In this document: in pieces, positions 18,226 to 26,912 of the stretch | Numbering within the stretch: position 1 is the stretch's first letter | Layout: each line of letters starts with the position of its first letter | Source: Candidatus Magasanikiibacteriota bacterium | GTDB taxonomy: Bacteria; Patescibacteriota; Patescibacteriia; Magasanikbacterales; GWA2-37-8 | DNA: 64,000 nucleotides | Direction: 5' to 3' | NCBI GenBank assembly: GCA_046590235.1 | Contig: JBKJTY010000035.1 | Coordinates: 14,722 to 78,721 of the forward strand | Program-made: the position numbers and the translations under genes | The notes under the pieces: generated by a model | Database searches by the model: none | What the model saw: the letters and a program-made list of their open reading frames with translations, nothing else | What the model was told of the DNA's origin: nothing

Positions 18226-19209
18226 ATGAAGAAAAAATTACTTGTCGTAGGAATTATTTTAACTGCATTGCTCGCCGGGTATATAAGCCTATTTTTTATC
18301 GACACATCAAGTCAGGATATTCGCTATGGTATTAGTTTTGATCCAGATTACGCACGATATATTAATAAAGATGCAGGTAAGGCGTATATGACCACACTAA
18401 ATGATTGGCATTTTAAATTAATCCGTTTACCGGTGCACTGGGATGTTATTGAAAAAAAACAAGGTACATTTGATTTCAGCGACATCGATTGGTATGTTGA
18501 TCGAGCAAAAGATAGTGGGGCAAAAGTGATTTTGTCTATCGGTCAAAAAACACCACGCTGGCCAGAGTGTCATATTCCAACGTGGACTAAAGAATTGGAC
18601 CAGGCAGAATATATCGCTGCGGTTAAAAGCTATTTAGAGGCCGCTGTTGTGCATTACCGTGGTAATCCGGCATTAGAAATGTGGCAAGTTGAAAACGAAC
18701 CTTTTTTACATTTTGGTAACTGTCCAACAGTTACAACTGGCGATTTACATTCCGAAATTACACTCGTAAAAAAACTTGACCCAAACCATCCTACGCTTGT
18801 AGGGGACAGCGGTGAACTAAGTAGCTGGCTGGTAACCGGTACTGCGGGAGATTATTTTGGTACAACTGTATACCGCTTGGTTTACAATAAATACTTTGGC
18901 TACCTTAATTATGATTTCCTTCCTGCCGCATTCTACCGTTTAAAGCTATGGTTAGTAGGTAGAGAACCATCAAAAGCCTTCTTGTTGGAGTTGCAAGCGG
19001 AACCTTGGCTCACTGAAAAGCCCTTTAAAGAAGTTGCGCTTGAGGAGCAATATCAATCAATGAATTTGAATCGTTTAGAAAACAACATTTCCTACGCGCA
19101 ACAGATTGGTTTAAGCCGGGTATATCTCTGGGGTGCGGAGTGGTGGTATTGGCTTTTGGAACAAGGTATTCATGATATTCCGGATTATGTAAAAACTCTC
19201 CCCAAGTAA
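18226..19209 (+). CDS. Membrane-anchored clan GH-A glycoside hydrolase (GH5/GH42-like)
   Basis: N-terminal TM; IRLPVHW, WQVENEP (acid/base) and LELQAEPW (nucleophile region). Confidence 0.75.
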   Translation: MKKKLLVVGIILTALLAGYISLFFIDTSSQDIRYGISFDPDYARYINKDAGKAYMTTLNDWHFKLIRLPVHWDVIEKKQGTFDFSDIDWYVDRAKDSGAKVILSIGQKTPRWPECHIPTWTKELDQAEYIAAVKSYLEAAVVHYRGNPALEMWQVENEPFLHFGNCPTVTTGDLHSEITLVKKLDPNHPTLVGDSGELSSWLVTGTAGDYFGTTVYRLVYNKYFGYLNYDFLPAAFYRLKLWLVGREPSKAFLLELQAEPWLTEKPFKEVALEEQYQSMNLNRLENNISYAQQIGLSRVYLWGAEWWYWLLEQGIHDIPDYVKTLPK

Positions 19210-19210
19210 C

Positions 19211-19230
19211 CCTGCCTGCCGGCAGGCAGG
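19211..19230. repeat. 20-bp perfect palindrome CCTGCCTGCCGGCAGGCAGG, copy 2
   Basis: Identical to 11774-11793. Confidence 0.9.
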
Positions 19231-19232
19231 CG

Positions 19233-19261
19233 TTGACTTCTTTAAGTATTTAAGCTATACT
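19233..19261 (+). promoter_or_regulatory. tRNA promoter
   Basis: TTGACT, 17 nt, TATACT, ending 15 nt upstream of the tRNA. Confidence 0.7.
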
Positions 19262-19276
19262 GAAGAAGCTTTAAAA

Positions 19277-19350
19277 GCGCACTTAGCTCAGTTGGTTAGA
19301 GCATCTCGTTTACACCGAGAGGGTCGAGGGTTCGAATCCCCCAGTGCGCA
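19277..19350 (+). tRNA. tRNA-Val(TAC), CCA not encoded
   Basis: Cloverleaf: acceptor GCGCACT/AGTGCGC, D stem GCTC/GAGC, anticodon stem TCTCG/CGAGA with loop TTTACAC, T loop TTCGAAT; one A-C mismatch in the T stem. Confidence 0.96.
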
Positions 19351-19463
19351 CGTATGAAAATAGCAGCTTAACGCTGTTGTTTTTTTATTCCTACTTCATT
19401 CGAGCACCATGTCGTGCACAATAAAAACACATTCGTTTAATCGAGTGTGTTTTGTTGTGTGTA

Positions 19464-19492
19464 TTGACAAAATTGCATTTTATTGCTATACT
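19464..19492 (+). promoter_or_regulatory. Sigma70-type promoter of cassette gene 1
   Basis: TTGACA, 17 nt, TATACT. Confidence 0.75.
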
Positions 19493-19554
19493 ATGCCGTT
19501 GGGATTAATTTCTCAACACAACCATAAACGTTTTTTACAACCCAAGGAGTAGTG

Positions 19555-20412
19555 ATGGAAAAGGTGCGTGCCGTAGCGGTTCTGTTGTTCATGTTTACAA
19601 CCTCCAACCTTGCCATCGCGGCAGAGAAAGAGCTCTCGATTCCCAAGGATCAGCTAGCCCTGCTCGACAAGGCCAGGAAGGCCCTCGTCAAGATCGCCGC
19701 CAAGAGCGACCGTGCGAAAGGGTTGTTGGCTTTGTACAACAACCACGCAGTTCCGGCCCTTACCGATAGCGACCAGGTTCGGATCGTTTCCATCCCGAAG
19801 GTGGTGCCGTACTTTTTTGTGGCGGCGAACCCGCGGGTTGAGACGCAAGTCTCGAATGAGGGTGGAACATTCGCCTATTTTAACTGTACTGAACAGCCGA
19901 GCTTGCTCTTGAAGAATTTCCCGACTGTCTCAGAAACGGTCCATGGCATTATGCTGGCCCACGAGTTGGTGCATGCTGAGGACTGCCTGTTCGGAGGCGA
20001 GGGGGCAAATAAACAGCATGATGATGCTTGGTTGATCGGCGAATTGCATGCGCACAACACTGTCTGGATGCTGCTTAACGACATCTCCGACGGAGGTTGG
20101 AATAAGGTTGTGACAGGTTCTCTCCGTCGGCGAATGCAGATGATGAGCGCCGGCCAGGACAACCCGAAAGCAATGGTCTTCGGATATTCTACAGATGATA
20201 TCGTGAGCATTGAAAAAATGTTCGGTGCCCAAGATGATGTCGCAATCGGCGCCTTGATTGCCCAACTCCAGGTTGATGTGAACATGCTCAAAATCGCGCT
20301 CAATACACCTGGCAGCGGCGTGCTCTACGACGTGTCTCCTGAACTGGCAGAAAATCAGTTGAGGTTAGTCAAAGCGTTCTACAAAGAGAACGAACAAGCT
20401 ATTCAGCAGTAG
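19555..20412 (+). CDS. Secreted orphan protein with HEXXH motif (putative zinc metallopeptidase)
   Basis: AAGGAG SD at 19544-19549; signal peptide ending AIA-AE; LAHELVHAED with a downstream GELHAH. Confidence 0.7.
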   Translation: MEKVRAVAVLLFMFTTSNLAIAAEKELSIPKDQLALLDKARKALVKIAAKSDRAKGLLALYNNHAVPALTDSDQVRIVSIPKVVPYFFVAANPRVETQVSNEGGTFAYFNCTEQPSLLLKNFPTVSETVHGIMLAHELVHAEDCLFGGEGANKQHDDAWLIGELHAHNTVWMLLNDISDGGWNKVVTGSLRRRMQMMSAGQDNPKAMVFGYSTDDIVSIEKMFGAQDDVAIGALIAQLQVDVNMLKIALNTPGSGVLYDVSPELAENQLRLVKAFYKENEQAIQQ

Positions 20413-20428
20413 CGGTTTCTTCGCAAAC

Positions 20429-20634
20429 CGCCACGGTCCCGGATACTCAGGGGATCGTGGCGAGTAGGGTCAAAAAACCACCTACAAACTCACGAAGTTT
20501 TCAAGCGATTGGAAATTTCATGAGTAGGTGGTTTTTTAATTCCAACCACCGCTTTATTTCTCTAACCATGGTGTTCCATCGAGCACCCACGTCGTGCACA
20601 CATGAAAATAACAGTGTTTAGCTGTTATTTTTTT
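20429..20634 (+). repeat. Cassette 3' structured module, copy 1
   Basis: Homologous to 21439-21650; the 31-nt block 20570-20600 is identical to 21585-21615. Confidence 0.9.
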
Positions 20635-20656
20635 GTCTTCACACAAGCTTCAATCC

Positions 20657-20685
20657 TTGACAATGGATCAAAAATTAATTACACT
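20657..20685 (+). promoter_or_regulatory. Sigma70-type promoter of cassette gene 2
   Basis: TTGACA, 17 nt, TACACT. Confidence 0.7.
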
Positions 20686-20734
20686 GTCACAGCCCTTTTC
20701 CAATGAAACCTTCTATCCCTTGGAGAAATAAACG

Positions 20735-21424
20735 ATGCGTGCAATTATTTTCACGATCTTCATTGCTGCTCTGCAGCCGTTGGGTGAGCAGCCTATAAAA
20801 TCACAAGCACCTTTAGCGGAAGAAAAGACAGCCTCTTTGGCTTGTAAGAACGGTCAGGAAGGGCTCAAGAACACGAAAGGATCGCCGTGGTGGTGGATTA
20901 ATAAGATCAATCGGAATTGCGACGCAGAAGCAAGTCGTGAAGCCTACCGTGCAAACTGGGAGCGTTTTCGGACAACTTTCCCAGTTGCGGCAGCTTGGAT
21001 GGCTATGCAGTTAGACTATGTAGTCGACGCAACAATCATCCAGAAAGACCTGTTGTCAGGCTTCGTAACAAACGTAAACTTTGATTCTGACGCAATTGAT
21101 CCAGAAATGGCACAAAAAATACTCGAAAGATTAAAGGGTTATGGTGCCATAATTTCTGCCGAATCAAAACCAATCATTGTGACGGTAACCAGCGTGTTCG
21201 ACAAGCCGGATTGGTCAGAAGCAGACAAGTACCGATACGTCTTTGCCTGCAAGTTTTCTCAAGTGGTGATGGAGTATGGAGCCTTCAAGGTAATTGCTGA
21301 TGCCGCCGATGAAGTCGTAGTGCCAGACATTTACATGAAAATGGGAGATTGTCACGAGTTAATGACAGTCATCCCCGAGTTGGTAGAAAATATCGTGGCT
21401 GAATACCGCAAGCAGAACAAATGA
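20735..21424 (+). CDS. Secreted orphan protein (229 aa)
   Basis: GGAG SD; short hydrophobic N-terminus; no recognisable motif. Confidence 0.7.
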   Translation: MRAIIFTIFIAALQPLGEQPIKSQAPLAEEKTASLACKNGQEGLKNTKGSPWWWINKINRNCDAEASREAYRANWERFRTTFPVAAAWMAMQLDYVVDATIIQKDLLSGFVTNVNFDSDAIDPEMAQKILERLKGYGAIISAESKPIIVTVTSVFDKPDWSEADKYRYVFACKFSQVVMEYGAFKVIADAADEVVVPDIYMKMGDCHELMTVIPELVENIVAEYRKQNK

Positions 21425-21438
21425 ACATGTCAAAAAGT

Positions 21439-21650
21439 CACCGCGATCCCGGATACTCTGGGGGTCGTGGTGGGAGCTAAAAAACCACCTACAAACTCAT
21501 AAGTTTTTCAAGTAATTGGAAACTTCATGAGTAGGTGGTTTTTTATTTCAACACTTCCAACCATCGCCTAATCTCAACAACCACGGTGTTCCATCGAGCA
21601 CCCACGTCGTGCACATATAAAATAGCAGCTTAATGCTGTTGTTTTTTTAT
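21439..21650 (+). repeat. Cassette 3' structured module, copy 2
   Basis: Homologous to 20429-20634; its tail also matches the sequence following the tRNA (19345-19388). Confidence 0.9.
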
Positions 21651-21660
21651 ACCCACAAGG

Positions 21661-21866
21661 TGTCACTCGCAATAAAATGTCATCCAGAGCGGAGCGTGGG
21701 ATCTTCCTATTATTCAATTTTACTTCGCTATCGTTCTTTCTTATTTTTCACTCTTGCACAGTCCGCTTGTCACTTTTCTTTGTAACCAAAGCAAAGTAAC
21801 CAAAAGAAAGTTTCGGGGGTTGCTCAGACTCGCCTCGGCTCAGACAGTGAGCAGCCCCAGAACCCC
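21661..21866. repeat. Dispersed ~200-230 bp structured repeat, copy B
   Basis: Aligns with 11627-11860. Confidence 0.85.
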
Positions 21867-21933
21867 AACTCCTCGGGCTGTTTTATTATTCTTACTCATG
21901 GTATAATTAAGTAATATTTAATTATCTGAATGG

Positions 21934-24069
21934 ATGTTTATGCAAAAAAGTAAAAGGATTTCGACGCTATCAATCGCGTTACTTAGTTTGCTTTCTTTGG
22001 CAACTTCACTATTTAATCCAATAGCAGCGTCAGCGCTTGAAACATGGACTGAACGTCGGCCTGAAGGCATCGATGGCGATAATACTTGGGAAGGTGCTAG
22101 CGATGCTGATGGGTCAAACCTGATCGCAATAAACACAGCTGGTGAATTATTCATTTCGACAGATAGTGGTGTTAGCTGGAATCCGACTAATCCAGTACTA
22201 GATTCTGAAAATTGGAGCACGGTAGCATCTGATGCAGATGGTTCAAATTTAATTGTTGCACGCAATGGTCGTGCTTACATTACGACTAATGGCGGTTCTA
22301 GCTGGGCTGAAACACAACCAGCAGGGGATACAGATAAGTTGTGGATAACTGTTGGTAGTGATGCTGACGGCTCCACACTTATGGCAGCTGCTAGTTTTGG
22401 TCGTTTGTACATCTCTGCAAACGGTGGTACTACATGGACCGAACGCCAGCCAGCTGGAGATGTTAATAGTAGTTGTCAAAGCATGGTATCAGACACTACT
22501 GGTACTAATCTTTTTGTTCAATGTGCGAACCGTCTTTATACTTCAACTGATGGTGGTGTCAATTGGACTGAACGCCAGCCTATGGGTAATACAAATTTTT
22601 TTGCGAGAGATCTTGCTTCTGATGCGACAGGTTTAAAACTTGTTGCGGGCGTTGAAGGTGGTCGCCTGTATACGTCAGCCGACGGTGGCGCTACATGGAC
22701 CGAGCGTCAACCTGCTGGGGATACAAATCAACAGTGGGTAGGACTTGATTCGGGTGCAGATGGCACACATTTGATCGCAGCGGCGAACTCTGGTCGTTTG
22801 TACACATCCTCAGATAGCGGTGTTACTTGGACTGAGCGCCGGCCAGCAGGTGATGTAGATATAGGATGGAGATTTGCGGCCATGGGCGGTAATTTTACTT
22901 TCTTTGTAGGTGCAAATAATGGTAGGTTGTATACGGGTATTATAGATGAAGCCGGCCCAATAATTACCACTTACTCCCCAGCTGACAATGCTACCGATGT
23001 TGCTGTTACTGCCAATCTCACTATCACCCTAGATAGCACCTTCGTCACCGGAACAAACAAAAATATTATCATTAAAAAATCTTCTGACGATAGTATTGTT
23101 GAAACAATTTCAGTTAGCAGTAGTCAAGTAATCGCAAGTGGTTTAGAAATTACCATTAATCCAAGCGCATCTTTGAGCTATAGTACAAGCTACTATGTCC
23201 AAATGGACGCTGGTGCGTTCCAAGACGCCTATAGCAATGACATGCTAGCTATCTCCAATACAACAACCTGGAACTTTACAACTGTCGCCGCACCACGAGT
23301 TGGTGGTGGCGGATATAGTCCACCACTCGTTTCCACACCAGTCGCGCCTGTAATCACCATGCCAATTTACGAACCACCCCTCATCCCCAATCCAGCGGAT
23401 CCGGTAACAATCTCACCAATAAACATTGCGCCACCTATTATTGTGCAACCTGTCATTGCTCCTGTTGCACCAGTCATTACGCCGGTGGTCGTTGTTCCAG
23501 AAGTAACAACCCCTGTTGTCGTCACGCCTGTCTCAGCCCCGCTCATTACTGCGCCACCAATCCAAGTTAAACTCCTCAACCCAGGCATCCGCTCAGTAGA
23601 AGTGTTAAATCTTCAAAAAACACTTAACCAACTCGGTTATACTGTTGCACAAACTGGTCCTGGCTCAATCGGCAATGAAACAAATTTCTTCGGTAAAGCC
23701 ACCTATAACGCGCTTCTGAATTTCCAAAAATTAAATAATTTGCCAACAACCGGTATTGCCGATAAAGCTACAATAGAAACAATCAATCAAAAGTCTGTTA
23801 CAGGAGAAGTACTAGGTGTAAAACTCATTAAATTTACACGCAACTTAGCAACCGGCAGTAATGGCGATGATGTTAAACGCTTACAGCAGTGGCTTAATGC
23901 CAACGGCTTCACGGTCGCGGAGTCAGGTCCTGGCTCTGTTGGTAAAGAAACTAAACAGTTCGGTAAAGCAACCCGCGAAGCACTCAAACGCTTCCAAAAG
24001 GATAGTGGTGAAAAAGAAACGGGAATCTTTAGCGTAAACACAAAAGAGAAGATTAATGGAATGCTCTAA
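21934..24069 (+). CDS. Secreted BNR/Asp-box repeat protein with Ig-like (Big_5) domain, Pro/Val linker and two peptidoglycan-binding domains
   Basis: Signal peptide; repeated LYTSxDGGxxWTERQPAGD; SPADNATDV...YYVQMDAGAF; two LQxxLNxxG(Y/F)TVAxxGPGSxGxET...FGxAT units. Confidence 0.85.
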   Translation: MFMQKSKRISTLSIALLSLLSLATSLFNPIAASALETWTERRPEGIDGDNTWEGASDADGSNLIAINTAGELFISTDSGVSWNPTNPVLDSENWSTVASDADGSNLIVARNGRAYITTNGGSSWAETQPAGDTDKLWITVGSDADGSTLMAAASFGRLYISANGGTTWTERQPAGDVNSSCQSMVSDTTGTNLFVQCANRLYTSTDGGVNWTERQPMGNTNFFARDLASDATGLKLVAGVEGGRLYTSADGGATWTERQPAGDTNQQWVGLDSGADGTHLIAAANSGRLYTSSDSGVTWTERRPAGDVDIGWRFAAMGGNFTFFVGANNGRLYTGIIDEAGPIITTYSPADNATDVAVTANLTITLDSTFVTGTNKNIIIKKSSDDSIVETISVSSSQVIASGLEITINPSASLSYSTSYYVQMDAGAFQDAYSNDMLAISNTTTWNFTTVAAPRVGGGGYSPPLVSTPVAPVITMPIYEPPLIPNPADPVTISPINIAPPIIVQPVIAPVAPVITPVVVVPEVTTPVVVTPVSAPLITAPPIQVKLLNPGIRSVEVLNLQKTLNQLGYTVAQTGPGSIGNETNFFGKATYNALLNFQKLNNLPTTGIADKATIETINQKSVTGEVLGVKLIKFTRNLATGSNGDDVKRLQQWLNANGFTVAESGPGSVGKETKQFGKATREALKRFQKDSGEKETGIFSVNTKEKINGML

Positions 24070-24080
24070 ACTTCATTACT

Positions 24081-24115
24081 AAAAAATAATGGCTTTAATA
24101 AGCCATTATTTTTTT
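24081..24115. terminator. Intrinsic terminator
   Basis: AAAAAATAATGGCTT-TAAT-AAGCCATTATTTTTTT. Confidence 0.75.
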
Positions 24116-24201
24116 GTTTATCCTTGACAAGCGCAACTCTTACGGGCATACTATGCACGAAGAATAACCTTAACCTATCTCAAATACCCTGGAGTCAGAC
24201 A

Positions 24202-24600
24202 ATGTCTAACACGGCGGTTAAGGAAGTAAAAAAAGTCCTTCCTCCTATTCCCCCCATCGAAAATACAAGGTGTTCACCTGCCAACAGAAAGCAGAAAGAA
24301 CTTCCGTTATTTGACGATGTGCAGCAGTTTGTGGTGACCGTTGTGGCATCACACGTCGGTGTCGGTTGGATTACTCCGCGCCAATTGTTTGAGGTAATTG
24401 CGAAGTATGACGGTTGGAACACCGGTCAGAAAACCACGTTTCTTCCGTTGTTCAGTCGGCTGATTGAGCTTGAATTACTTGAAGTTCGAGGGCCGAAAAA
24501 AGGTTTGGAATACCGTATAACTGTTTCTGCCGCAATCAAATACCTTGAATGGACAGAAGAACAAGCTCGCGACTTAGGCCTCAGTGGAACGGCCGAATGA
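24202..24600 (+). CDS. Orphan protein, possibly winged-helix-like
   Basis: Own promoter TTGACA-17-CATACT (24124-24152), GGAG SD at 24191-24194; LFSRLIELELLEVRG...EYRIT resembles a wHTH wing. Confidence 0.65.
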   Translation: MSNTAVKEVKKVLPPIPPIENTRCSPANRKQKELPLFDDVQQFVVTVVASHVGVGWITPRQLFEVIAKYDGWNTGQKTTFLPLFSRLIELELLEVRGPKKGLEYRITVSAAIKYLEWTEEQARDLGLSGTAE

Positions 24601-24758
24601 TAAAAAAATACGATTGGGGATAAATAAAAGCAAGACCGTCTCCAACTCGTTTTAACAATAAATATTGTTGTTAGAACGAGGCGGTCTTATAAACAACTGA
24701 GTATAGCTCGGTTGTTTTTTAATCTGACATTTTAGGCAAAATCTGGTATACTGTGGTC

Positions 24759-26912
24759 ATGACTCGATCCATGCTTTCCAGTCTATTTTCTCCGAAATCA
24801 ATCGCGATTGTCGGAGCATCCCGCGATAAGACCAAAATTGGTCATATTGTTTTGCGTAACATAAAAGATGGGGGATATGAAGGGAAAATTTTTCCGGTTA
24901 ATCCTTCCGCAAAGAAAATAGATGGACTCGAAGCATTTCCAAATTACGAAGCACTTCCGAAAGTTCCTGATCTTGCCATCATTGCACTACCAGCCGCACT
25001 TGTACTTGAATCTGTCACCGCAATCGGAAAAAAGGGAACAAAAAATATTATCATTTTCAGCGCCGGTTTTAAAGAAATGGGTGGGGAAGGCGCAAAACTG
25101 GAAGAACAACTGCTCGCGCTCGCGAACAAATATAAATTAACAATTGTTGGTCCGAATTGCTTAGGTTTAGTAAGTCCGGAAGCACATTTAAACGCAACAT
25201 TTGGAAAGGTAGATCTTAAACCAGGCAATGTTCGCTTCATCTCTCAGTCCGGCGCCATTGCGACCAGTATTTTTGATTGGGCAGAATCCGCACAGATTGG
25301 TTTAGGAGAATTTATTACACTTGGTAACAAAACTGTAGTTGGCGAAGATGCCGTTTTACGCCACTGGAACGAACAAACAATCAAACCAATAACTAGAAAG
25401 AAACAGCAAAATGAAGGATTGTCTGGTTACCAGCCTGTTGGATTATATTTAGAATCCATTGTCCACGGCCGAGAATTTTTACGTTATGCTAAAGAAATTT
25501 CTAAACACGATCCAGTTTTTCTTTTAAAACCTGGAAAATCTGCTGGCGCGCAAAAAGCCATGATGTCTCACACTGGATCATTGGCGGGCAACGATGCAGT
25601 GCTCAACGCTGCACTCAAGGATGCGGGTATTATGCGTTGTGATGGTATCGAGGATGTCTTTGACTTAACCCGTGCATTTGCTTGGGAAAATGCACCAGAA
25701 GGTCCAAACGTAGCCGTCGTATCAAATGCTGGAGGTCCAGCCGTTATGAGTGCCGATCTTCTCGTTGAAGCAGGGCTTACCCTTGCTCCGTTAAGTGAAA
25801 AAACACATCAAGCACTTCAAAAACATCTTCCACGTGCCGCTGGAATCATGAATCCAGTTGATGTTCTCGGTGACGCCTTAGCAGATCGATACGCCATCGC
25901 CCTTGAAGCAGTGCTTACAGATAAAGCAGTTGATGCGTTGGTGGTTATTTTAACACCGCAAATGATGACGCAGGTTGCTGAAACAGCGAAAGTTATTGCG
26001 ACACTTGGAAAAAAGCATCATAAACCAATTGTTTGTTCATTCATGGGTGGTCGCACTATTATTAGCGGTGAAGTTATTTTGAATAAATATAAATTACCAT
26101 CATTCCGTTATCCAGAACGAGCTATTAAAGCGCTTGGCAAAATGTGGTGGTGGCAATCATGGAGAACAAAACAGCAAAAAACAATGGATAAGCCAAAACC
26201 GGTCATTGGTAGTGCAAAAATTGAAAGTGAATTGCAGGCTCGACAGAAAAAAGGCCAAACTGCATTAACTCCAATCGAAGCAAACAATCTTTTAGAAAAA
26301 ATTGGTTTGCGTATCCCACCATCTTTCAGTTGTAGTAAAAAAATAGATGCAGAAAATTTCTTTAAACAGCAAGGTGCTATTGTTTTAAAACTTGCTTCTG
26401 AACGCGTGCTTCACAAAAGTGATGCCGGCGGTATTATTACTAATATCCGCACGGTAGATGAATTGTCGAAAGCTTGGGATGTGCTTGAAAAAAAAGTTAC
26501 TGATTTGAAATCAGCAGGGGACATCAGTGCGACTATTCAAGCGCAAAAACAACTAACGGGCGGCTTAGAAATCATCGTTGGTATCACTACTGATGCGACA
26601 TTTGGTCGTGTGCTTATGTTTGGTGCTGGTGGTGTATTGGTTGAGCTTGTTAAAGATCGCAATTTGCACTTACTACCTCTCAGCAGAACGGCTATCGAAG
26701 AATTAGTCAGTTCATCACTCATTTTCCCAATGCTCAAAGGTTACCGCGGTGAACAATCGTTTGCCTTGGAAAAATTGTATGATCTCATTGAGCGACTCAT
26801 CAACGCTATTAACGAAATGCCATCCATTGCTGATGTAGAAATAAATCCGATTATCATTACTCATGAAGACGCTTGGGCAGTAGATGGAAGAATCATTTTA
26901 CACACCGTATGA
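24759..26912 (+). CDS. Acetate--CoA ligase (ADP-forming), alpha/beta fusion
   Basis: PKSIAIVGAS, GPNCLG, SQSGA, SHTGSLAG (phospho-His), NPVDVLGDA, HKSDAGG, EINP. Confidence 0.93.
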   Translation: MTRSMLSSLFSPKSIAIVGASRDKTKIGHIVLRNIKDGGYEGKIFPVNPSAKKIDGLEAFPNYEALPKVPDLAIIALPAALVLESVTAIGKKGTKNIIIFSAGFKEMGGEGAKLEEQLLALANKYKLTIVGPNCLGLVSPEAHLNATFGKVDLKPGNVRFISQSGAIATSIFDWAESAQIGLGEFITLGNKTVVGEDAVLRHWNEQTIKPITRKKQQNEGLSGYQPVGLYLESIVHGREFLRYAKEISKHDPVFLLKPGKSAGAQKAMMSHTGSLAGNDAVLNAALKDAGIMRCDGIEDVFDLTRAFAWENAPEGPNVAVVSNAGGPAVMSADLLVEAGLTLAPLSEKTHQALQKHLPRAAGIMNPVDVLGDALADRYAIALEAVLTDKAVDALVVILTPQMMTQVAETAKVIATLGKKHHKPIVCSFMGGRTIISGEVILNKYKLPSFRYPERAIKALGKMWWWQSWRTKQQKTMDKPKPVIGSAKIESELQARQKKGQTALTPIEANNLLEKIGLRIPPSFSCSKKIDAENFFKQQGAIVLKLASERVLHKSDAGGIITNIRTVDELSKAWDVLEKKVTDLKSAGDISATIQAQKQLTGGLEIIVGITTDATFGRVLMFGAGGVLVELVKDRNLHLLPLSRTAIEELVSSSLIFPMLKGYRGEQSFALEKLYDLIERLINAINEMPSIADVEINPIIITHEDAWAVDGRIILHTV

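Noticed and set aside
19345-21650. CRISPR array from the thrice-repeated CGAGCACC...GTCGTGCACA motif
   Set aside because: Copies are about 1 kb apart with whole genes between them; no regular spacers and no cas genes.
22040-22940. DNA-level tandem repeats or a diversity-generating retroelement target
   Set aside because: Explained by protein Asp-box repeats with synonymous divergence; no reverse transcriptase or adenine-specific template/variable pair seen.
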